Shown here piece by piece: positions 11,278 to 24,300 of a DNA stretch of 40,747 bases. A program made the translations under genes and the position numbers. The notes below the pieces were generated by a model, which was given only the letters and a program-made list of their open reading frames with translations, did not search any database and was not told where the DNA came from. Origin of the DNA: Callorhinchus milii (taxonomy: Eukaryota); the NCBI RefSeq assembly GCF_018977255.1, contig NW_024705483.1:1-40747 (forward strand). The letters run 5' to 3'. Each line of letters begins with the position of its first letter. Position 1 is the first letter of the stretch.

Positions 11278-13263
11278 GTGCGCTAGTGGGAGGGCCGCAG
11301 GGTGTTCGAGACTGTTTGGCGAGTTGCAACGCCGCTTGCACAGTTCCGTGCCACGTAGGCATTGCTGCCAAATGCAGACACCCACGGGTCCCCTGGCTCT
11401 CGCTCGTGTACGTGGCCGTGTTGTGGGGCAACAAAGAAAACAAAGGAGTTGGGGGAGAGTTGTCGTGAGTTCCTGTGCGCTAGCGATTCAAAGATTGGTA
11501 AATGTAATACAATGTGTGAGTGCGGAGAAGTCGGTGACATGGGGTAGATTAAGCATGTGGGCAGCAAATGCCACATATTGGGAATTCTGTGTTTTATTTT
11601 TACAGTATATTAGTTTATACCACGGCATGTTCTTTAGTAACAAATTATAGTAGCTAAATCAGTTGCTTTTACAGAATATCCCTCAGAAATCTGCTGCATA
11701 TCATTCCAGAATAGTATTGTATTGATAGAGTGCAATACGAAATTGAATGCTAATATTGTAATGAGTTGTGTAGCAATATTGTTCGATGCGGCGTAAAGTT
11801 AATTTTTACTAAGATGGAACACCGAATAATATAAAAGTAAATTAGTCTTATTTTTCCTTTCATTGTGTTTCTCAGAATACAATCTTTTTCACAATAACCA
11901 TTTAATTGCGAGACATCATACGAGTATACAGTTTACCTCCTGTATGAATAATTTGTGATTGGCATTGAATAAAACATTATGCCTCATGCATTCATTAATT
12001 CTGTCTGACTTTCCACCCATTGGTAATGTATCTAGAAGGGCCTCTAGGGAATCTGACGCTCGGCCCTGCACACAGTGGCACTCGTTAGCGCCTTCCCAGG
12101 AGATACACACAAGTTAGTCATGTTGAGGTACAGAGGATATTCCAGTGAACAGACAGAGATCCTGTTTCCAGGCCACCAAAGTGCACTACTATCTAATGAC
12201 AATAGGGTGAGGGGATTTATTATGGCTTGCTGACCAGACATCCAATGCGGTGATTCACTCAGGTTCAATTGCAGCCCTTCAATGCTGACGTTTCTATCAT
12301 ATTTAATTGTTGGTGAGTACCCTTCTTGATCTAGACTCGGCTTGTTGCCATATTGGTGATTCACAGCAAAGCAAACAGACAGATGGTTGTCGTGCTGATC
12401 CATGTGTTTGGCATGAGTGACTCAGCCCTCACATATAGGAATCACTCACGAAGAAAACACACATACAAGTGAAACCTATTGTGCCAGCTACACATCTTGA
12501 CAAAATGGGAAAAAAACGTTATTTTCGTGATTTGCCCCCTTGTTGATGATTCAGACATCAGCAGCACATTTTCACCAAATATTGGACGAAAATTTACGTT
12601 GATCAAAATGTGAATCTGGCTCCAAGAAACATTAAATCATTCTCATCTATTCACATTGTATAAGAAATTATTTCCAAATATAGAGAGCAGTGGTACTCCA
12701 TGTCAAACGGTTATCATTCAAACTTCCCCTGATATACTTGTTTGTTGTACACGCATGCTGTGGTTTCTCCCGAGCATGGAGATTTATTTGGAGTGTATAC
12801 TGTAGGGATCCACGTCAATCAGTCGTCTACCTTCACAACTAATATTCCTGCCTGACACTGCTGTAGGCTTGAGAGAAAAGTTGGTGAAATATTTATTTCG
12901 TCACCAAACTGTAGAAAAACAACAAATAAACTGTGCCTCTGTAACATTGCACTCAGTATTTCTATTTAGGTTTATTAAAAATGAAGGCAGCTTGAAAAAT
13001 GCAGTGGCCACACTGCCATGGATGTAATTTCCATTTGGATTGTGATTCTGTTTTTTTTATTCAGGTGCCGTATTGTAATGCTCACTGACATGAATCATCA
13101 CGATTCATTTAAATTCATATTGGAGTATTTAATACACGTTAAACCCACATTGTCGGTATTACATTAACTTCTAAGCAGCCCATATGCAATGATCCAATAT
13201 GGGTTGCTGTAGTAACTATACCAACACTGTTTAATTTAAAATGCCACCCCTTGTTTACTGTAG

Positions 13264-13330
13264 GTTATTAAAAGAACGAAGCAGCCTTCAATCACTGGAC
13301 GGTGATAATGTAAACCAGGATGAAGAGGAG
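13264..13330 (+). CDS. HYDIN: Probable HYDIN linker exon (LLKERSSLQSLDGDNVNQDEEE)
   Basis: TAG| ... |GTAAAT, 67 nt; supplies the required phase 2 to 0 change. Confidence 0.7.
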
Positions 13331-13457
13331 GTAAATACACGCAATATGGTATTAATCTTTTCTTTATCATTTGAAGCCTCCATATTTGCCATGTGCTTTA
13401 AATGTACACACAGACAGTTGTCATGTCAAAATGCCAATCAAGACGTGTTGCCTGCAG

Positions 13458-13547
13458 GAGGGTGTGAATACATCAGCGGACTTCGGAGTCTCAAAGCATC
13501 TGATGGTGCCTGACGAGGGCGAGGTTCCCTCTACTGGTCTTCAAGAG
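13458..13547 (+). CDS. HYDIN: HYDIN exon (EGVNTSADFGVSKHLMVPDEGEVPSTGLQE)
   Basis: CAG| ... |GTAAGT, 90 nt, phase 0-0; ends STGLQE|VFDILP like human SIGIEE|VFDILP. Confidence 0.8.
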
Positions 13548-14296
13548 GTAAGTCCATTCAGAGCTCACACTCCTCTCTCTACCTCTGCCTGTCCTCGTGC
13601 ATTTGCCGTCCTGCCTTTATGCCCCTTTGTAGCTTTCAACGTCTGGTCCTCGTCCAGTAAATTTAACTTCCTATTCCGAGCGTCGCCTACATCTACAATG
13701 ATCCGTTTTTTGGTAATTTAAATCTTTTTAAAGTTGAAAACTGTCACGTTTGAGATGGCTAGGTGTTTCAGAGGTTAGCACTGAGCTGACAATGATATAC
13801 TGGGTGTAAATCCAGACAGATGCCTGTGATTAAACGGGGTTATCAAATGTAGAAAGTTAATGGTCTCGGCCTGGCCATTGCTAACGACACAAGAAAACAT
13901 GTTCAATCTGGTTCCGAACAAAATTCGGCTTATTTCTAGCTTGGAGCATTACAAACATTGCTTAGACTGTCATGTATGTATGTATGTTGAACTTCTTTCA
14001 CACCATACGGAACCAACTATGCTAATCTCTCAGTGGCAGAGTGAGTGGAAATATACTTCTGTACCGTATTAACCAGAGGTCAATTGAAGGGATCTCGGAG
14101 GTATCTCTGTGGTGTCTGCTCCTGTGGGCAGTTCTCTTATATGAAGGGCTGTGGTGCTCTGGGGGGAGTAAAACAATGCATGGACAATGCTGTGTTCCAA
14201 GGAAAAACTGTGGTGAGATAGACACACGACAATTGTGCACAGTACTCACATTTGCATGCCCACATGTGCATGCTTACGTTTCTCCCTCACCGCCAG

Positions 14297-14506
14297 GTGT
14301 TTGACATCCTGCCACTCTACGGGCAGCTACAACCGGGTGAGAGCCAGGCTGTCACCGTCAGCTTCTTTGGGCATGCGGGCCTGCGTGCCCGGGCTACCGC
14401 GCTGTGCCGCGTGGTTGGAGGGCCCACCTATGAGATCAGCCTGCTGGGAGAGGCAGCAGACATGAGCTACCAGCTCAGCACCACTGAGGTGGACTACGGG
14501 AAGGTG
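14297..14506 (+). CDS. HYDIN: HYDIN exon (VFDILPLYGQLQPGESQAVTVSFFGHAGLRARATALCRVVGGPTYEISLLGEAADMSYQLSTTEVDYGKV)
   Basis: CAG| ... |GTAAGT, 210 nt; resembles human 'VFDILPLFGVLQPHSSHQISFTFYGHANIIAQAKALCEVEEGPTYEITLKGEA'. Confidence 0.95.
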
Positions 14507-15364
14507 GTAAGTGTCTCGGTGGCCACTGCAGTGGATGTGGTGATCTCAGGATCGACCACAAGGCTACATGATGGAGAAAGTGTAAAGTCGTGGGTTTCCT
14601 TCACCAATCAATATCTTCCAACATATGAACTTATGATGTTTCATTCACAACTGACTTGATTGACACTCATAATAAACGTTTTTGGGTTAGATCGCGTTAT
14701 TTATAAATGTGTCGTAACCCTCTACCACCCGACACGGCCAATCAGTAAAAAAGTGTCACGTTGACAAAATACAAATAGTTCACTACTTTAGCCCACCGGT
14801 GTGTTGACACTATTCACTTACTGATCTCTGTGGCTTTTATCAAGGTTTTTATTGAAAGTTCATAATTCACCACAGACAGTAAGGTCTCACTCTTGAAGAG
14901 GCCCACAGAAGCATGGACTTTCTTAAAATTCTTGTTTTTTTTAGCCCAATACCCGACCTTATAAAGTATTTTTGCTAGGCAGCTGCATTTTAGCTCACTG
15001 AGATCAGTGTAAATGGATAGGAGGAGCCTATTCCAACAGATATTTGTGGGACGATCCAATATTTTTGTACCTTTGGTCCCTTTACAACCTGAACTGAGGT
15101 CTGGTTTTGGTCATAGAGCCCACGAGATTTATGTGTTTTTTTTGTTTAATTCCTTGTGTTCAGTGCCCCCCCCCCCCCTCCAGTTGAAAAAGACAAATCT
15201 CATAACACAGCTAGAAGGTGAAATGGGGTCAAAAGAAATCCCCATTTACCTCCCATACCCTTGGCTTAGCACAGTTTGAGAATGAGCCTTTCCTGCACTT
15301 TGAGATTAACTCTATTCAGCACCGACTGAAAATAGCATGGTTGGACAGATACATATTCTGTTTC

Positions 15365-15394
15365 NNNNNNNNNNNNNNNNNNNNNNNNNNNNNN
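15365..15394. other. Assembly gap (30 N)
   Basis: Run of 30 N. Confidence 1.
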
Positions 15395-18300
15395 CATACG
15401 CAAATCTATAGCTGATTTTCAAAGGCAGTTGCGTACCGAATGAATACAGGACGGATAGCACACGGCATTCCCCTGCAGTCCGACCTGCGAGGATGCCGAC
15501 GCATGATGTCCTTCCCTATTAACACGTGAGCCGCCCGTGTATTAATCGAAACTTCTTTCGGGGGACGCTCACCGCTTAGAGGCTCACAACTGGCGGCGGT
15601 GATGGCGCATATCCCTTCGCCATCTATTTGCAAAAACGCCACATACGGGGCAACCGCGAGGGGTACGGTCTCAGGTTAATGTTGTATCGCCAAGGCATCA
15701 AAGAAGAGATTAATCAATTGCGGAGTCTTAATTTCTCGCATGTATCGTTACTGACGTGATGTTCGCAGGCGCGGAATCTGTATTGGGAACACGGCTCACT
15801 AGCCTCTGGTTAGAAGATTCGGATAGTCGGTGTGGGTAATAAATATCGTGTGTAAAGCGGAACGTCAAGCGACGCATAGTCATTGCGTCCTAAGATTAAA
15901 ACGGTGGAGAGCAGAAGGATTAACCGCGCTCGGGGTGGTTTTATGCACAGCCCCGCATCACCAGCGCCCTCGAAAACTGTTAAGTAACTCATGTCAAGAA
16001 ACGGAAGCTGGCAAGATATTTCGTCTGCTAGAGCTCACCGCCGGACATCGCATAATACGGTAAGTCCAACGGACCAAGTTATCCTGGGACCCCTGAGATC
16101 ACAGATATACAGCAACGCACATAATCCCAGAAATCCGCGGTAAAACCGTGTCGGTGTCTGTTCCGACGAAATATGGGGGCCATGGAGTATCCACGAATGG
16201 TTTAAAAGGATGTCATTCCACCGTGCTGCACCAAAACTGTGAGTAAGCGTTACCACAGAAGAAACTAAGGGCGAAGTCGGAGGGCTGTATACACACCTTA
16301 TGCGTGGTGGTCTGACTTACCCGTCACGCACATGATTGTGAACCAGTTTCCGGAACGTTGTAATGAGCTCAGTTCCAAGCCGCAGAAAAGGCGCTACCAA
16401 CCATTTCAAACTATTCGAGTCACGGGCTTTTCCGGTGGCTTCCGGGACGCCACCCTAACGTCTCCCATAGTATTGATGGCGTGAATTAACATGATGTCTT
16501 GTACTTCGGACCGTACTTTATGCAGGTATAAATCTTCTTTGTTTTGGGACGTGTTCCGAATGGATATTGGCATGCGTTGAAACGAAAAAGAGTAGCTGCG
16601 GATACGACGATCTTGTATGACATCTTAGTCTGAGGAAAGAGGCGGGGGATCTGTTGCAGTCTGGGTAAACTCAACTAAATAAGAAGATAGTCAAGGGGAG
16701 GATCGGGCCGCAACGGGCTGTCATGTGCTGAGATTGTCCCACTTATAGAGCCGTTTTAATCCAATCGTAGAAGGGGGGTCGACCCGATCTGACTCCCCGC
16801 TTGGCGGAGACGGGCTGGCACACGAGCCTGATGCTACTGAAGCGGAGGGGCTAGCCCCCGTTTCTCCTCGGACGAGCTAGTTCATACTGAGACCTGTCCG
16901 AGCTACTGTGTTGAGGGAGATTAAGAAGCAGCGAGACATATGCTACTATAGATGGTCGATCCACTCACAGGCTGAAAAAAATGAATGTCCCAAGACACAG
17001 CGGCACAACATCCTTGCAAACGTGTTCTTGCGTCAGCGTTTCGTTGCCGCAATAGAGCTCCATCAGGTGGGGTTGTATGCCTCACCTGCAACATTTATTA
17101 CGCGCCTTTGCACGAGGCAGGCCATGAGGGCGCATCTGGTCGCTCCTGGTTCGCTGTTGAAATTAGCAAGGAACAGCCTTAGAGCCACATCACCCTCTAC
17201 ACAGAAGTCTAGCGGCAACATTGTGTTGAGGTCCACCGGAGACCTCTGCGGGACCGCTGAGAGACTTCTTATTCTCGCCAGGGTTCAAGTTATATCCGGG
17301 TAGGTCATTCATTTCCAGCAATCCGTTGTAAGGTTGCAGGTAGCTACCAGGACGTTACCGAGATACAGATAGCTGGCAACCTGCTAGGTAAGAGTTAAGC
17401 GATTCACGTGAGCCTAGATGTAACCTTCAACATCTGTAGTTGGTCCTTCTGTGTAGGTCCGGGGGATTATTTGCTAGACTCTTGCGCAAGAAAGTTAACC
17501 GACTGGTTCATACAAGATCCTTTAGTAAACAAACGTCAACCTCGCCATTTGATGACTGGGCAATTGGGAGACAGTGGATCGTAGGCCTACCTTTCTATAC
17601 ACACAATGCGCACACTACCGCATATCCGAGGATCTCTCTGGTATGCGGACATTCGCCTCTACCTAGTGTTATAAGGCGCCCCTACATTCTTTTTGGCTGT
17701 ACGCGCGTTTTCCTTTAAACTACAAAGCTGTCGTCAGGTTGCCACCAGAAGCACTAGAGAGAGTTACCGCCCACTGGCCACGTGACTACACCAATGAAGG
17801 CCCTTTAATGAGCGGGCTAGTAACCTCAAAAGGTCCCTAAAGGTTATCAACTACTATTTACGAGACTCCGGGCTAGGAAGGTACCTGACGGCTTGTTAAG
17901 GTCCTTACTCCCTACACGGGGAAGGAGCTAAGTCCTGGAGGAGGGTGTGTATAGAACTTCATTTACTCCACCGTCGCATAGACGTTCCAGGGTTAACGGA
18001 ATGCCCGGACTGTGCCTACACAGAGATGCATGCGTCGTTAAGACCGCAAGCTTGGTATTCGGTAGCATTACCGTACTCCTACTTATAAGGTGTAAAGGTC
18101 ATGGTTGAAAGCATTCCAAACTTATGGTGTGTAGCATAATACAGTAGGGTAACCTAGAGACAAGAGGCTGAATATAATATCCATCCACGTTCTAGTGGGG
18201 TACTAAATTACCTGACACCGTGTAGCTATATCGCCCGTCGGACTGAGAGAGGTAGCTTAGATTGATGGCAACGCCTGATTCGATCAGCGTTACGAGGTGT

Positions 18301-21300
18301 TAGGCGACCCCTTAGGTAGTTTCCCAATGGGGTTGCCGCTCACCGAATTAACCTGAACGCACGAGGGCCCCATATTAAATGGGTTCAAGATCTAGAGTCC
18401 CCCATGGTCTGTACCAAGAACTAAGTATTTCCACCCAGAACCGCTAGTTCGTGAGCTTCTTATAGAACGGGCGTAACCGCGCGATCGTCAGCTTCCTTTG
18501 TCAACCCGCCATGGCGGAGGAGCCGGCTGCGGCATGAACAGGTCTTTTGCTAGAGCACGCCATTTAAGGGTGATGTTCCCCCAATAGGCGCATCCCGCCA
18601 CGACAGCACAACCAGACGGCAATATTCCAACCACGTTCATGCAAGATTAACCTCTGCGAACAACCCCGTCGCCACAACCCGCCCTGCATTGGTGGCCGGT
18701 GTGGCCGCATCGTGCCGCCATCGATAACCCCACTGCGAGAAATGTAGACCGTGGACTTATATAGGTTAGCAACAGTGCCCGCGTCTGAGGCAAGGATCGG
18801 CCTTACGATGGTCGTGGTAGTAATGGGGAGAACCGGAAGTATCTATGGATCTGTGCAACGGGAATGTAGTTATCTACGTCAGGCATCGTTCTAGCTCATA
18901 AGACGAATAGCTAGTACAGCGGGTCGGCTATTACAGAATTATAAGTTCCTTAATTACTCTTCATGAGGCAGCCTGGATTCAGCCCCGTTTGTAAAGTATA
19001 TGGGGGGCCAGGGGAGTCAATTGTTTATAATTTGTCAGCGGAGGGGGCATGGATAAGCATTATGAGTTGAGGTTGTGAAACCTGTTCCCCTACGTCGGGC
19101 CCTGTAAACTGTGCTCCATCAAGTTTGCTTTCGTTGGGACTATAACGTGCGGAGTTATGTGTGCGCTAATTATTGTTATATAACATCTTGCATTCTTTCT
19201 CTCGGGAATATATACTCGAAGTGCGAACGGAGCTCTAGTTGTAAGTACTGAGCAGTTATTCGCTTAACAGGCCTATTAAGCGTCGTCTGGCTTTTTTTCG
19301 TCGGCACCGTTGAATTTCATCATTCGCGAGCTCTCGTAATCGCGACATTTGCTGCCCCATCCCAATGGCTAACCTAGCAGCTTGGGTACTAGTGTACATT
19401 TATAGGAGTATAGTTAGCCGTAAGTATACAAAAGCCACGCTGTACCATCCGAGGAAGATGTATCCGGATCTAATGAGATCGCGTTCAGGCAATTGTCTAG
19501 CTGTCTCATGAGTCAGTGGCGACGAGGAACATAGGAGACAGTATAGTACCTTGAGCACTGTCACTCAATAGGACAATTGTCTGTTAAATCAGACAAGCCG
19601 CCGGTTTTTTTCAATATGCGTATATGAGCACGCAGAGGGTCTTAGGCCTTCTTAGGGCTAAGCAACTAATACGCCGACCAAGACCACCTGCAGAAATCTG
19701 AATCCTGTGTCGACGGTACCGCATTACCTTCAGTTACGACTGGATCGCGAGATCCTATAGGCGCTTGTGCGCGAACGGCGCCAGGGCCGCCCTTAATTAG
19801 TACGCATCAAGGTAGCTCTCTAACCGGAGTAGAGTCCAATCTAGCAACGGCCATTGGGACAAGATAGCCAGACACTATTACTTTGAATACCCTTAATATA
19901 CTGGTTATTGCCATCTTCCCAAGGCGGGAACTCTATCGCAGCCGCTACATTCGGAATTCTACAGATCGAGAGAGTGTACTGGAGGTGAACTCAACTAAGC
20001 TTCAAGCCCATAGCCCGCAATGCCAGTGATAAGGTTTCAGTATATTCAGCATTGCTCGGGCTAAACCGCGAGGAGAAGGGGTCGGCTAGGAATGCATGAG
20101 GAAACTGCCTATGAAAAGCAAGGTCGTGTGAGAGACCTAGAAGAATCTGGTGGTCCCCCAGTCAGCTATACACTCATCGGGATCCATGGAGTTCTCAGGT
20201 TCCCCGAATTTAGCCCTAATCGGTTGCTGGCGCGTTGGTGGCCATTGCTGACAGTGTCCTAATACTATACCTATCAGCGATTAGGAAGGGGTAAATGTCG
20301 AGCGAACGGACGCAGAGGAACGGTCCTCATAAGGGTGGGCTAACAGGGCTTCTTGTATGTGTTGAAAAGCAGCATTGCGGATCCAGGTGCCAGTCAGATC
20401 CGAAATACAGACTCTCTTTGATTGGATTGTGACGCCTGTCGGATCTTGACACTCGGAACCCATATAGACCACAACTACTGCGACATTAGGCCGTAGCCAA
20501 CGTAAGTTTCTGACTTCCTTTAACCAAAGACTTTGTTCACAATGTATTATCGGAGGTTAAAGATGTCAAGGTGAGTATAGGCAAGTATAAGTTTATTAGC
20601 ATTCCTCGGGAGGTACTTTCTTTATCGATATAAGCTAGTATATATGAGTCTCGCCGTTGTATGCTTACCACGTATCAGCAACGATGAAACCACTAGATTG
20701 TACTACGGGGGGCGGTCGCCTATTATGCGTCATGTGCTTTCTGGATTGATCCTACCGTGGTCTGGTTCGATTTCGATCAGAGCCCCTACTAGGCGCTGCC
20801 CGCCACCCAGGCGAATACTAGTACAGCCGGGGGGACCCACCACCGTCTAAAGTTTGCTTTCGGGATAAACGAGCTCACTGAGTACCCACGGTACTGTCTT
20901 TCCCAACAACGCAGAAGGTCTCACCCGCTCGCCTTGTAAGCCCCATCATGTTCCATCTAGCCACAGACATTGCATTGACGATACACAAGCTTAATCATCC
21001 ACCACACCGCCTTACAGGAAAGCACAATTCGATAGGGGGTAATACAGGTTGGGATTCTTTTCTTGGCGTGCTTGCTCGTAAAAGCCGAATTGGGCAGTAG
21101 AAATCACCTCGAGGTATGCCGGTGAGGCTTGCCAACGGAATATGCAATGGTGCAAGACAATCTCCCTTAGGCAGGTTAGACGATCCAGAGCAACGATATT
21201 ACAAGAACCGGAGGGTTGTCCTCACGTCGTTCCGGAGTCATGAGGCCTGGAGGAGTCGGGTGTCAGTTCCTAAACTTATTATTAAGAGAGCTAGGGCTGA

Positions 21301-24300
21301 TGGTTCCGGCACCAGCGAGTATTCCGAGTTACGGTGAAGTTAGTATTTTGCAGATTACATGCAAATGTTGTTCCGAAAGCCGAGACAGAGCTCTGTAGTA
21401 GGTCTTATTTGTGCTCTCTTAGTTGAGGGTAGCGCCGATCTTAGGCGCTTCGGCCATATCGTGGCAGAAGCGGGGTCATAGAGCTGCAATCGCTATATAG
21501 CGCACCGCTACGTGAATACTTCGAGGGGTTCGTACCCATGTGATAGTTACATGCGCCGCGTTTGCCCTAAAGAGGATATAGAAGCGGAGGCCTCGGCCGT
21601 ACTCGCTGTCTAGGCTCGAGCTTACACATTGCATTAACCGCTTTGTAACGGACAAGTGATCCAAATGCCTATTGTATTAGGGTGACATGCGAACTAGCGG
21701 GCCACCCCTCGAGCCCAGTGAAAGGGTAGCCGAAATCTGAAGGGCGCTGAGGGTAGCAAGGGTATGACCCACTGGCTAGAAAAGACCACCAACCAGTTAC
21801 GGTCCACTGATTAATATGTTTCATCCCAGCGCTACCGTCGAATTGGAAAAGTTAAGAGGGGAGACACGCCTCAGAAGTTACATTACTCAAGTCTGTATAC
21901 TATAGAAATATACAGCTCTAGTTTTTATATAGAGACATTGGCCACCCACCATTAGTGGTGATTCTTGACGGCACTGCGAGTGTCAGGAGGCTGACCAGAA
22001 AATGAAAGGACTCACTCGTACCACGGTCTCGTTAGGCCTACCTAAGAAATGCATGAACTCCCCGACCGCCCGCCGTGAGAGTGGTTCCGGCACTTAATAA
22101 ACTTTACCGCTACGCCGGCGCGAACCCCATCGAAGCGGGGAAATTGGCTTCCGCGCAGAGCGCTCGCTTACGTCGGGAAAGAGCCCGCGAAAAGATAGAG
22201 CCTCCTCGCGTGGTGCTTGATACGTGACCTATGGGTGGGTCGATGATATCTGACCTTAATTGCAGGGGAAATTTTACATGAAGCGTTACCTAATCTGTAT
22301 TAATGTGGCATTGCGCGAGATGAAAGTTTGCCTGTGTCCTACCAGAACACACCAAAGGCCTGTCAGTCGGTTACGGGAGAACGTACTTGAATATGACATG
22401 GCCCTGCCGAGCCGAGCAACTGTCCTTTGACGGACCGTGCGTACTAGTATACAGAGAGGCCAGTGATCGACCATTACACGAACTAGATCCTGTTCGGCTC
22501 AACTGCTCAACTAATCTACAGTATGCTTGAGGCCGGGTCTGAACAAAGTTGAGTGACTGAGTCGGAGTTACTAGACTCGCAGCAAGGGATGGTGCATATA
22601 GCCTGCGGTAGATCTGTTCTATGCCTTAACGCCTAGGAAATAGTCGAAGTACTTGCAGAGGTTCGAAAGTCGCACCCTGGCAATCAAGACCGGACTTAGC
22701 ACGTTGTGATCGGACGTAGATCTTGATGGTCTTATTTTGTGGTTCATGTTTTCAGTGACCCTGCGCTTATCTTCTTGAAGTAAGTTTTCCTCATCCATTC
22801 AGATGCCTGCCCTTGGTTGGTCTTCCTGATAATCATAGAAGCGCGTTTCCCGCAAAAGTCCATTACGGGCGATTATCCACTTTGCAGCTTCCATTCAAAT
22901 TGGTGCGCTTCGTAAGATTCAATGACGAAATAAGAGTGAGGATAATTTCGTTTAGGGTGGCTCGGGAGACTTTCCCACATGATCTTGAGGAAGCATGTAG
23001 CGATGAACTATACAAACAGTGTTCTCCCATACACTTACGTGAGGAGCCTTGGGAGGTAAGCCTACGAGGTCCTAGAACGGGAAGTAGACCTTAATAGAGA
23101 AACCGTGGTAAACACGTACCCACCGCGGTCACCCAGAGGGACCTGCCTGGGACACTTTGATGGTTCTCTGAATAGCGAAAAATTTAGTTAACACTTGCAC
23201 GACGGTGAAGGTTAATATGAAGATCATGTGGGTAGGCTTGCAATGACCGGACAGATGCTTCCTCAAGGATTACTGCTGTACATAAAAGGCGTTTCTCTAT
23301 CTCGCATAGCCAGAGGGAGCCACTTGAGTCGGTCGAACCCGGGTTCATTACCGGTGTGTGGCGCTCAACTAGAGCAGCTTATGATAGTGCCCACTCGTAG
23401 AACAACAAAGGCTTACCACCCCCCTACCTTCTCGATAGATGCCAGTCTACTGTCGATGAGTGGGGATTCTAAGAGTTACAATGCTAATGTGAAAAGTTGG
23501 CCTATTCACAGCATTGAGACTTATGAGCGTCTATCGAAAAAGGTAGAACTCCACAGCATCCAATGTGATTTAGTGCGCGAAATATCTTGAGCAGAACGGA
23601 CCGACCGGCTATTGATTTGCTATGCCGCCTGTTTATATCTGATCCCCAAAGCCTTCGCGTGGTTGATAACTAGCTTTAGGCCGATGGCGCTCGACCTATA
23701 CGCCGAGTTCAGACTATGACCACTCTTCCTCACATGCGCTGGAGTTGGTCCCTCGAGGAACTGCCACACAACTCTATGCGGACTGTACGCTGCCATAGTA
23801 GCCCCACGTGCATTAATACTTTCAGAAATGCCTTATGTGACTTTGGAACAGTTGCTTCAGCTCCTTTATGATCGCCGTGGATAATGGATCTCATTAGGAG
23901 CTCTGAGTCTTCTACGTTCTCAAGGACGCTGAAAGCCCTGAACTGTTGGAGAATCTCGGGGCAATTCCATACTATAGCGGAAGCTGGGGGAGAAGAAAGG
24001 TAGCTCGCGCTAACTCCCGGTATATCCCGGGGGGTCTATCTTTTTATTGCTATCCGCGTGGGGAAAGCCCCCTATGGGTGGGTATTGTTGCCTGTTTGGC
24101 CGAGAGCGATGTAGAGGCATCAATGATCCTAATAGACAAACTCTTTGATGCCCATTAATAGTTCCTACAGCCAGTCTCTGAGCAATACGGCGAGGGCTTG
24201 ACAAGGACCGAGGGGGTAGCAACGCGAACTTCCCGTCACATATGAAGCCCTAGAAGGTTCGCCAATTTACGCTAGGACTCCGCCCTTAGGGCAAGCCCGC

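Noticed and set aside
19121..20862. 13-mer AAGTTTGCTTTCG at 19121 and 20850, plus scattered GTTTGCTT
   Set aside because: Chance-level length and irregular spacing; not a CRISPR-like array.
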